A DNA stretch of 63,589 nt, counting the filler, from Reticulomyxa filosa (lineage: Eukaryota > Protista > Foraminifera), in the NCBI GenBank assembly GCA_000512085.1. It is 20 parts of 20 records of this genome, joined end to end, with 100 filler letters (N's around TTAATTAATTAA, not from the genome) between each part and the next. Parts side by side here need not be neighbours in the genome. Positions count along the whole stretch, not along the records: positions 1,101 to 24,661 come from ASPP01013044.1; positions 24,762 to 25,849 come from ASPP01014018.1; positions 25,950 to 29,553 come from ASPP01016203.1; 17 more parts are not named here. One strand, 5' to 3'. The position numbers were made by a program, and so were the translations under genes. Positions 14,701 through 26,120 of this stretch are shown here, piece by piece. Within the stretch, counting starts at the first letter, position 1. Each line of letters begins with the position of its first letter. The notes under the pieces were generated by a model. The model was not told where the DNA came from and searched no databases. It saw only the letters and a program-made list of their open reading frames with translations.

Positions 14701-17700
14701 CAGCGTTGGCAAAAGCGATTCATCAGCAACTTTGATTATTTGATGGAATTAAACGTGTTGGCCGGAAGAACGTACAATGATATCACCCAATATCCTGTGT
14801 TCCCATGGGTTCTGACCAACTACGCGTCCATGACCATCGATTTGAATGATCCAAAAAACTTTCGAGATTTGTCCAAGCCCATTGGAGCATTGAATCCGGA
14901 AAGACTCAAGTATTTCATTCAAAAATATCGTGACACGCAAGAAGATGTAGCGTCCCTCCTTATCACTACGCTACCCATTACATGAGTGCGGGTATGCACG
15001 TATACTGCATTCTATTTTTTTTTGGTTTTATTTTTTTATCCATTTCAATCTTTTCATTAAAAAAAAAAAAAAAAAAGGAATTGCTTTGCATTATTTGGTA
15101 CGAAATGAACCATTCACCACATTGGCGATCAACTTACAAGGTGGACGCTTTGACATCCCGGATCGTCTATTTCACTCATTGCAAAACGCATGGGAGCTGT
15201 CTCGAACGAATTTGCATGACGTGAAAGAAGTGGTTCCGGAAATGTACTATTTCCCAGAAATGTTTCGCAATATCAATCGTTTAAAATTGGGCAGCAAACA
15301 AGACGGAGAGGTAATCAACGACGTCACGCTACCACCGTGGGCAAGTACGCCCGAGGAGTTTGTACGGATCTCACGCGAGGCATTAGAAAGCGAGTGGGTG
15401 TCTCGGAACCTGCATCATTGGATCGATTTGATATTTGGATATAAACAGAGAGGACAAGCGGCAGTGGATGCGTGCAATGTATTCAATTATTTGACATATG
15501 CCGGAGCAGTTGACTTTGAGACCATTGTCGATCCTGAATTGCGAGCGGCGACAGAACAGCAAATCTACCATTTCGGACAAACTCCAAACCAATTATTTGA
15601 TGGTCCACACGTGGAGAGATTGCCCAAAGAGGAGTGTGGCATATTCGATTTGATCATTCCATTCAAATTTCACGGGGATTACAAACCTATTGAAATGAGG
15701 ACATTTGCAATGGTCGAACAATTGACGTCATTGAATGTCGTTCGGAATGGACAATGTCTGAAATGTTTTGACATGTTGGAACGTCTGCTTTCTTTTGAAT
15801 TGCCAAATGTTACCAATGTGGATTCCAATTCCTCCACTCTTGTTACTACAGGCACCAAAGCACTCGCGTTGCGTACATTAGTGGACTCACCACAAGACCC
15901 GCCTATCTATGAGCTGATGTCACCTGATTGGAGCGACTGCATTTTGTATCAAAGCTTTGTTGTGTCGAGCAATGGAATTTATGGAATAACATCTGGCTAC
16001 TTGGATCATAGCATCAAAGTCCATTTTCTACGAACCGGAGAGGTGCTGGAGTCCGTTACCGGATTGGAAAATGGACACAATGACATCATCACCTGTCTTG
16101 CTTTGGCTTCTTCACAGGACATGCTGGTGTCCGGTGCACGCGATGGATCCCTTGTACTTTGGACCATCAATTGGTAATGCACTCTACTCTTTATGCATTC
16201 ATAGAACATATGTGTATTTTGTTTTTACAAGGACCTGTCTCCGCGATGCGTGTTTACAATTGCTCACAAACACAATCCACAAATAATCAGTAAATCAAGC
16301 AAGCCTCCCAGACAACCAGTATTGGGCAAGCCATATCGTTTGCTGTCGGTTCACTTTGATAGCGTGCGTACAGTTGAAATCAATACGAAATTGGGCGTGA
16401 TTGTATCCGCAGCTGATGATCAAACGGTTGCATTGTACAGTATCGCGCGTAAGAGATTTGTGCGTCAGATTTTCTTTAATGGCAGAGAGAAAAAAGATCA
16501 CAACGATGAAAATCCACCTTTGCGAGAAATTATCAAAATTGTAATTAGCAACTTGGGATACATTGTCGTGCATACGATCGAAGACACGGCTCCAACCCTT
16601 CGAGTGTTTTCCCTCAATGGAATATTAATCAGTCGATTGCGCATTGATGAAATATTATTCGGAATGGTTTTAGATCAAAGTGGTAAATTGTTAATCACCG
16701 GCGGCCAATCCTGTGTTATTTCATTTCGCTATGTTCACAAGTTAGCTCCAATGAATATATAACAAAAAATAAGCACACATTTTATTTTGCTTTTGATGGA
16801 ATATGTATGCGTATGTTTTTTTTCTTCGATGACAGTCTTCGATTGGTACAGGAAATAGTTGTGTTGGAGAATCAACGCAAGAAAAACAAAAAAGATGCCA
16901 ACACAAGTCCCAGTGGTCCACACATTAATATATCTGAATTAAAATCGATTGACGAAAACACAACCAACATCTCTGCGAATGATGCCAAAGAAGAGCATGA
17001 AAATAGTGACAAACGAAAAGTACAATTTGATCAAAATATACACTCTCCAAAAAATCTACTCACGGCACATAAATTGAACACACTGACCCCAAAGCAGACA
17101 CACTCCCCTGCCTGGCGTGCACAAAGATTGTCTATTTTAAGAAATCAACAAAACGCTGACCCTGAATCAGCCAAACGTACGTCTATCAGCATATCATTGA
17201 AGAACAAACGCCGATCGATGCTTTCACAAAAACGTCGAGGATCACGAAGTATTTCTTTAAATCCCAGAGAAAGTAGTGTTCAAGGAAGCTCAGTACGAAG
17301 ATCAACACATTTTCACGGACGGTTCTCTTCTGTTGATGGAGCTGCTGTCCTAAGTGCGTCCCATATCATTGATCTCGCAATTGACACAAATAATTTCTTC
17401 ATGCTTGTTGCATATCTAGATATCGAAAAAGAAGAATGCAAATTGCTCTATTATCCTTTGCCGACCTCCAAATATGAGAAAAGCTTTGATTCGTATTATA
17501 AAGTTGTTTATCCGGTTTAGTTTCTGTTTTTTCTACTACGAGATAAATTGAGAGAAAGAGTGGACACAGCTACCTATTGCCCTTACTGTCTTGGACACAA
17601 TTTGTCTGCAACAGATACTAGAAAATGCCCAACGTTCAATATGGAGCGCAACCCAAAAAACAGATGAAGTTTCGTCACCAGATAAAGAGAATAAGTTTGC

Positions 17701-17815
17701 GTTTGTGAATGAAACGCTTCAAAATGTAAAAGAGACATCCAACAAAGTTGGAAAGGTTATTGGAAATGTGAAATCATTCTTTAAAAGAAGCACAGATGGC
17801 AATAACAAAGAATAG
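7764..17815 (+). CDS. Large BEACH-domain protein (neurobeachin/LYST-like; ConA-like, PH, BEACH, WD40), 17 predicted exons
   Basis: BEACH motifs ISNFDYLMELNVLAGRTYNDITQYPVFPWV, PYHYATHY, VKEVVPEMYYFPE, WIDLIFGYKQRG and FGQTPNQLF, followed by WD40 repeats. Frame-consistent introns: 8037-8125, 8589-8667, 8803-8943, 9269-9425, 9936-10033, 10239-10385, 10604-10683, 10832-10936, 11657-11763, 12393-12455, 12913-12983, 13275-13356, 14992-15077, 16174-16290, 16741-16835, 17515-17614. One frameshift near 14947. Confidence 0.93.
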
Positions 17816-18112
17816 CCTATGCTTTTTTATTTTTGTGGTGGGAGGACATCAAAATAGCGGCTTATTATTTTGTCGTTCTACTATATTCAATTGTCTTGTT
17901 TACAAGTCAATTTTGTTGTGATATTTTGTTAAGATTCTTTTGTGGTGTTTTCTTTTTGCTTTTGTCTGTTTTCAACGCTGTAATTTTTTTCTTCTTTGGA
18001 ATGTCTTTTAAACGAAAATTGCATAGTATAAATCTGTTTATTGAAATTCTAAAATTGCTTGCAAGAAAAAACTGCTGTCAAGTTATTGAAAAAATAACTG
18101 AAGAAAAGAAAG

Positions 18113-19468
18113 CTATGACTTAATGATCTTGATACTATCAGTTTTCAAATCAATCTCAATAGCGCCTAAATTGTTTCCATAGAAGGCAGATATGCCAACG
18201 TCAATGCTAATCAGTTGTCCATTGCATCTGACATTTACTTTTCCATCACTTTGTGGATTATGTCCGATGATCATACGAGAGACTCCTAATTTTTGAACAG
18301 TTTGTTCCACTAATTGGCACATGTACTCTTCGTTGGATACACTTTTTTTATTTGTTTCAGAGAGATCGCTTATATCTTCCACCATACGTTCTGTGTAAAA
18401 TTTGCTTTCGAAATATCTGGTCCAGATAGGTCCATTTTCTCCAGTGAGGAGGAGCACGTTATTATCTGGAGAGTACTTTTCGCGGAGCAATGCTGTCTTA
18501 AAGATTTCGTTCATTTTGGTGATATTTTTTCAAAATAATCACATATTTCTGGATGAATACCTGCATGAACAAACAACGAGCTTTCCACAATACGAGCAAT
18601 TGGAGTTTGTCTCAAAAAGTATCCAACATTGTGTGATAACGAGAGAATATTTTTCCATCCTTCTTCACCTCCACGTTTGTATAATTCGTTATCATTAACA
18701 TAATGATACCTGCCAATCAAACTTAGATTTAGTAAACAAATACGAGTGCACACAACCATAATATTTTAGTGTATTGTTATAACCTTTGCAAAAAATTTAA
18801 AAGCAAAAAATAAATAACTTGAGATGTTCATGATTTCCGAGCGTATGCAAAATCAAGTTATGTTCAGACAACTCAGGATCGGCTTGTAATTGATGTCTCA
18901 AATCCCAAAAGTATTCCAAAATTTCAACAGATTGTGATCCTCGATCAAAAATATCACCAGTTTGAACTAAAATGGTTCTATTGGTAATCCAGCGACGTAA
19001 ATTCTTGTCAACCACGCCACATAAACTCAAAATCTTGCGGAATTGACGCAAATCTCCGTGCAAATCTCCAATGGCTATAATACGATCATACTTTTGTGAT
19101 ATTCCTTTCATTACATAAGCCTCTGGATAGTTTTGAAAGAATTTTTTGTTCTCCTTTGGATTCTTTTCTAATTGTAGTTTTGGCAATGGTACCTTTTTGT
19201 TTTCTACTTGTCCAGGTGTTTCTTTGGCTTCTTTGGGCTTAACTCGTACAAAAGAGAGTATATCATGAACCGAATTAATTATATTCAAGTTAAACGCTTG
19301 ACAGAGAGCCAACAAACACAACACTAAAAATATAAAGATCAACGAACAACGCAAAGTTATATATCTTCTTTTGTTCGATTGATGAGATGGGCTCTGTGCG
19401 GGTTTTGCCGCTTTTTTCAAAGAATTCTCCTCGTCTCCTTGACGGGCACTAAATGTTAATATCGTCAT
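18113..19468 (-). CDS. Shewanella-like PPP-family metallophosphatase with N-terminal TM anchor; one intron; frameshift near 18528
   Basis: Motifs GDLHG, GDIFDRG, GNHE, HAG, GPIWTR, GHNPQ and IDVGIS. Hydrophobic segment LIFIFLVLCLLALC. Confidence 0.9.
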
Positions 19469-20113
19469 TAAAATTGTGAAAAGACGCTTTTAGAGCAAAT
19501 AATATATTCATACGTTGGAATATTCTGAGGTGCTGTTCCTGCTCGGTGTCTGACAGTTGCCATCTTTGGTTTGGCTCAAAAAAAAAGCTCGTACAGGAAA
19601 AACACGTTTAGTTCAACAAACTAACTTACACACTTGTCCCTTGAAATGCTAAATAAATGGAGGTCCAAAAATTAATGCGTAGAAAACTTTTGAATGTACC
19701 AGTTTACTTTGGTTATCTTACATACAAATATCAGCAACGAAGGTTTAACATAGTCTTAGTAATGATTTGAGATTTAATGAGAAAAACAAAAAAATCAGCA
19801 TACTGTCGACGGTAATTCACTTTCACAAGAAAGTCGTTATTTTCTAATGAGCGCAGAAATAGTTTTTTAACGAAAATTCAACTTTTGAATATGGTTAAAT
19901 TCTGTACTCTGGTTATTAAATACAACAATTATTATGTTCTTTTGAATTAATATATTCCTCGAAAATACGTTTAAAATTTCACACAAGCAGCAACGGACAA
20001 AATAAAAAAGTTGTGTAGAGTAGACGCTAGTCTTACAAAAAGGAATTACCGTTTTTCAAAAGAATAAAAGCGTTTTTTGTCATTAACAAAATTTTTTTAA
20101 AAAGATTATTGAA

Positions 20114-22221
20114 ATGGATAATAAAAAAAGAAAGTTAGATTCACATGATTCCACACCTATGTCAAAACGAAGACGTGTGACCCAAGATGACGCGTCTTCC
20201 AACCCGGACGCTGAACTGGACTGGGGTTATTTACAAACTCTGCCAGAAGTTGAAAGAGAAACACTGATATATGAATACCAAGAAAAGAAAGAAGAAGAAA
20301 AGGAAAGAAGACAAGCTGAAGAAGATTTGTTATTGAAAAAGCAAAACGAAGAAAAGCAGAGACAGCAACAAGAAGAAAAAGAAAAGCAGAGGCAAAAACA
20401 AAAGCAAAAAGAAGCCGCAGCAGTGGGGACAGCGACAGCAGCAATGGTGCCCCCTTCACCGCTAAAGCAAACCTTACTCTTCACACTTACGAAGACCCCA
20501 GAGGATGAATCTTCGCCTTCAATGTCGGAGGCAGATGAGGAGACGCGAAGAGAACACAGAGAAGGGGACGACGAAGTTCAATTTTTTGCAAAAAAGAATT
20601 TCACAAAGCAAAGAACAACAAACAATAAAAAAAAAGGACGGAAAAAAAGGAGACGATGCAAGAACACAATCGCAACAACACTCACAAGAACAAGGCCAAG
20701 GGTCAATGCACTTGTCGCCGGTGAGTAAAGCGATGACGGGGACGCGAAATCGGGAATTGGAATTAAAAGATTTGCGTGCTTGCCAACTAACGAGATCGTC
20801 ATTAGAAACAGTAGTAAATGAACCCTATTTCAAAGAATTTGTGTCAGGATTATTTGTGAGATTGTTCATTGGATACAACATAAATAAAAAATCGGAAAAA
20901 AGGCTATTTATCGATTGTGTGAAATTGAATGCGCAACAAAGTATCCAAAAGCATATTCATTGAGCAATAGCGATAATAATAACAACAGCAGCAATAGCAA
21001 TTCAAACAACCTCAGCAGTGGCAAAGTAACACAAAATGCAATCGTTGCAAAATTCGGAAACCAGAAGCGCACGTTTCGAGTGACGGCAGCGTCGAATCAA
21101 CCTTTTACAGCAAGTGAGTTTGAAAAATGGAAACAACAAATGGAGGCCGATAGATGTACACTACCATTGCCAAAACAATTGGAAGATCGCACATTGCGCT
21201 CGCAAATGCGAAGACATACATATCGATACGATATGAAGGACTTGGTATCAATGCATAACGAAAGACAGTTGCGAGATTTTGCAAACAAACAAAACTTAAC
21301 CAAACTTCGATTACAAATACAACATCGACTTGATTCGCTTGCTGACAACAATCCTGATAAGGCATCCCTCACTTTTTCATTGAAGCAAATAGACGACGAA
21401 TTAGAAAAGAGAAGACTGCAAAGAAAGTCGACGACTATGATTGAATCCATCAATGAACAGAATCGTCGCAATAATCTCCTTCGAAGATCGATTCATCGCA
21501 AACTTTTTATTGGTCCTGGACAAGGAAATACTGATCCTTTTTCTCGCACTATTACCAAGTTTTTTTTTTTCTCTCATCATTTGAGCTCAATTTCATTTCT
21601 TCTACCTTGTAATACAAAATACAATAAAGATCCACAATTGAGAGATTTGGAGAAAACTCAACTTCTGACGTCAAAGCAAAAAAAGAGAAAGATTATTCCA
21701 ACGAAAGTAAAAACAAAAAAGATAAAGAAATTAAAGCAGAAGCAGAAACGCACATAGAAATTAAGCATGAAACTAATACTGAAAAAGACGTACAATCACC
21801 GGTGCAAGCCAATTCAATAAATAAAAAAAAACTTGGTAAACACAATCGATTATTCGAATCGTCTGCACCTCATTGGAGTAATATCGACATCACCGAAATT
21901 TTGTCCAAAAATGCTCCACAAATTAAAGAAGAAGCACACGTGTTGCCACTCACAGAACCGAGTCAATCGAATGAAGATCATGATTCGCTAATCCGAGATC
22001 CCTTATGGCTTGTTATTCATGACGTCGGTGCAAATTTTTGCAAAGATATTCATGAAGTCGATTTACCTATTCGTCGGTCTGGTGTACCTATCTTTGGCCG
22101 CAATTCAAATCCTACTTCTTATGCAAACGAATTTTTACAACAGCCAACACACCGACATATCCTATCTTTGCAAGACTACTTCCAACTGAAACACAAAGGA
22201 CTTTTAAAAACCAATGTTTAA
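20114..22221 (+). CDS. RTF1: RNA polymerase-associated protein RTF1 (Plus3 domain); introns 20576-20636 and about 21559-21629; frameshift in the A-run at about 20886-20901
   Basis: Motifs LPEVERETLIYE, PYFKEFVSGLFVRLFIG, IYRLCEI (after frame correction), SNQPFTASEFEKW, INEQNRRNN and DPFSR. Confidence 0.88.
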
Positions 22222-24761
22222 TTTCTCTACCTTTACAATTATTTTGCTTTTTCTGTAGGCCCTTGCCTTGTTTACAACCTTAAATTTCTTTTCAATTGGA
22301 ACAAAAAATAAATCATTTTTATTTTTGCATCGGTTTAATTTTCACCAACTTTTTGCAGTATTGCAACACCATGCTCAGTTGCAAATTATTAATTTTCTCG
22401 TGTTGCATAAACATTGCAGAATTTTCACATTGGCGTCCTACCATTCTGAAACTCATTCATTATAGTCGAGTTTATCCGTCATAGATTCGTTCGATTGTCT
22501 ATATTTTATTGTTTGTGTCTGTTGAAATTTGAATTCAAATTTGCATATTCGTCGACGGGCAATTTGGCATTTAAATTCCTTTATTTGTCGATAGATATTC
22601 AAATTTCAAAATATATTGAATCAGTTACCACAATAATATTCATTTGGATGGATCCAATGCTGATATTGATATATTATTGAATTATTATTTTATATTGGAA
22701 TAGAGATATTTGAAATTGTTATATGGGTCTTAAGCTTTGTACGGCGACAAATGTCTCATGTCCTCTTTTTTTTTTAAAGAAGCAGGCAAAACTTGCGATA
22801 AACTTGCAACCAAGTTATCCAAAAATGACATCATGAGCTTTTTTGAAAAAAAGAAAATCAAAGCAATTTGTCAATCACAAACTACAGAAGTTACATTTAA
22901 TGAAATAGATAAACTAATTAAACAAAACTAAAAAAAATTCAATATAGAATAAAATTTAAATACTTACCATAATCAAAAAAGGTGTGAAGTTATTTTATTG
23001 ACTTAGTTAGTAGAAAAGTGGATCAATTTTATTTGACATTTTTACTTGTTGTTTATATTCTGGTTGTCAGAGTGTTTACTGCAACTTCGTTTGGACTGTT
23101 TAGCAGTTGAAAGATATTTGACATTTCACGATATATTAGATTTTCAGCTAGCATAAAAAAAAATTTTTATATAATATGAAAAGATTTACTAGTAAAAAAA
23201 TTTGTTTTTAGTAGCTTGTCTTCTTTTAGTCTTGTCTTTGAAACGCTTTCGCCACGAACTTTGTCCAACACGAAATCGTTAAAAATCTTTGAAGTGATTC
23301 TTCAAAATTCTTTTAGATACTGCAAGATGTTGTAGTTCAAAATACAATTTTTTTTTGCAAAGTTAATGTTAACAATGAAGGATATTAAAATGAATTTTTT
23401 TTCCTTTATGCAGTGAATTAATGCTGTTTACAATATGATGTTTTTTACATTGCAATTTCAGTAGTAATTGATTAATAGCTATCTTATACAGCATTAAATT
23501 CATTAGTGTTCTTTGTTTGATTTTTAAACTATCTTTCGTAATAGACATAAACTGTCGCTCCGCAATATAGTACTGACACAAATTGTCGCTTCTCTAGCTT
23601 TCTAAAATTTAATGTGTATCTAGCTTTAAGAGTTTTTTTTAAAATAGGACTAGCAATACAAGAATGTTATAAGTTAAATTTCATAATTGAAAAATATTGC
23701 TTTTTTTTTAGCAAGAATGAGATCTTATCCAAGTTAAAATGAGCACCTCGTCCCAAAAGGAACACAGTATTCTAATGAAAATAAACAAAAAAGGAAATGA
23801 TCAACAAAACATATCAAATCAACAACAAGTGAAAAAAAAATTTTAAGTTTTAATTTAATCTTTAAAATATCAAAAAAAAAAATCTCAAAGGTTGTACGGC
23901 GAGACAATCAACTGTTGTGAAAACAAATTTGGCTCTTGGTCAGGTGGAACTACAGGAGCAATGCCAATAATCAACCTAATTCTATGAGCATTGTTTTCGG
24001 GTGTTGAAGTCTCAGTGAAATATTGAGATTCAATTTATATCTTTTAACAAATTAAAGCAAACTAAAACAAAAAATAAAATTAAACACTTATTATTAAAAA
24101 AAGCATGTGAATGTTGTTGATATTGCCATTTAGGCTTATTTAATAGAAAAGTGCCTCAATTTTGTTCAACATTCTTTCTTGTTAATATTATTTTGCTTAG
24201 ACTGTTCATTTTGGTGTTTCGTTTGTTATCTTGTATATATCTGGCCTCGCGCAAAATCGCAATATCAGATATCTGAAAGTTTTTAACTAGTAGAAAAAAT
24301 TTTATTAGTTAAACAAATTTTTCTTTTTTTAGTAGTTTGAAAGTATTTTCTTTGTATCTTTGTCTTTGTTTCTGTTTTCGCCACAATCTTGCTGACGAAA
24401 ATCGTTGTTAATAATCGAAGATTAACTTCAAACTTCTTTCATATACTGCTAGATGTCGCAGTATCTAGTTGTTCTGTGCTTGCCTTCCCTCAAAATACGA
24501 CTTTTTTTTCAAAAGTTTATCTCGATGATGAAAGATTATTTTTTTTTTTTTTTTGCTGCTTGCATATTGGTATTTGCAGCATTGATTTCATCTCTTGATC
24601 GATTTCCAATACGCATTTGCATCAATGTCGGGTTAATTGATTGAAATAAGGATTGTAATTGNNNNNNNNNNNNNNNNNNNNNNNNNNNNNNNNNNNNNNN
24701 NNNNNTTAATTAATTAANNNNNNNNNNNNNNNNNNNNNNNNNNNNNNNNNNNNNNNNNNNN

Positions 24762-24801
<40 letters not shown>

Positions 24802-24802
24802 G

Positions 24803-25763
24803 TTATGATTATATCGTATATTTGGGCGAAGTGGTGCAAAGAGGCTATATAATGGACGACGATTTCCAAAGGGAGGTGAAAGAGATCTTTACGCAGATCA
24901 ACTGCCCGGTGATGGCAGGGCCGGTGAAAAAACAGGACCGCAGCAAGACGAAGGCGCAGCTGGACTACAACCAGTGCCACTTTCCCAAGTCTGCGCAGAT
25001 CTTGGACGTGGTGCGCTGTTGCGCGGTGTTCCCGAGCATAGCGGCGATGTACGACGGCCTGACATTCTTCAAGTCCAAGTTGAAAAACAAGCATCAGCAT
25101 AAGCAGTTTGAGTTGGAGATAATGCGATGCAAAAATGGCTTTTATTGGACCGGTCTCGAAAAAGATAAAAACATTAAGGAAAAGAGCAACCGGTTGCAAT
25201 TGCCAATCCCAAACAGCTATCGCGATGTCAAGTTCAATCTAATCTTCACCGACCTTAAAAAAAAAATATCGATTGTTGGCGAGTTGCAATTTCTGTTGCG
25301 ACCCATTGTCGAGTTCCAACACAAGTATCATCACACGTACGAAGTGCTGCGACGAAAAGACTTTGTGTATGGTAGCAAAGATCAACTCAAGACCTTTGAC
25401 TTGGATAAGCGGATCGAAATGACTGCGTTCAATGAAAAGTTGCTTGGCCCCCTCTTGGTTCAGTTCCCCCGACATTTTTTGGAGTCCAACTTGATCCAGT
25501 TTGCAAAGGAAAAACGCACCGGCAAAAACATTGCGTCGCAGATGGCTTATAACCCTTTCTTGTCCTATGGTCTCATTCGTGAGCTCTTCCACTCCAATGG
25601 ACGCTACATGAATCGTGACGTCATTCAGCGACAGCTCAAGGAAAAAGATGCTCGCCAGGCCGTCGCGCTCATGAATGCCTTGTCTTTCCAAAGGAATATT
25701 CGAAATGTTGTCTTTTTCATTCCAAATGAAACTGACGATGAGTTTTGGCAAAGCAAAGACATT
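24803..25763 (+). CDS. Internal exon encoding a RelA/SpoT-synthetase-like nucleotidyltransferase domain followed by ankyrin-like repeats (partial gene)
   Basis: Ordered motifs GPVKKQDRSKTKA, LDVVRC, RCKNGF, SYRDVKFN, GELQF and YHHTYE. Flanked by an AG acceptor at 24801-24802 and a GT donor at 25764. Confidence 0.7.
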
Positions 25764-26120
25764 GTTATGTTTTGTTTTTTTTTTTTAAATAGTTTATATA
25801 CATATATATATATATATGTACATATAAACTATTTTAAAAAAAAAAAAAANNNNNNNNNNNNNNNNNNNNNNNNNNNNNNNNNNNNNNNNNNNNTTAATTA
25901 ATTAANNNNNNNNNNNNNNNNNNNNNNNNNNNNNNNNNNNNNNNNNNNNAAAAAAAAAAAACTATCCATTCAAGTAAAAAGGTTCACAGGAATCACTTAA
26001 AAAAAAAAAAAAAAAGCAATGTAAAAAAACAAAACAACCAAAAAAAAAAAAGAGAAAGAAAAAACAACAACCACAACAACAACAACAACAACAGATAATC
26101 AAAATGGCAAAAAAATAATT

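Noticed and set aside
18505-18530. Programmed frameshift at AAA-TGA as a general mechanism
   Set aside because: Other shifts occur well before any stop and upstream of conserved motifs. A one-base under-call in the A6 run explains this site.
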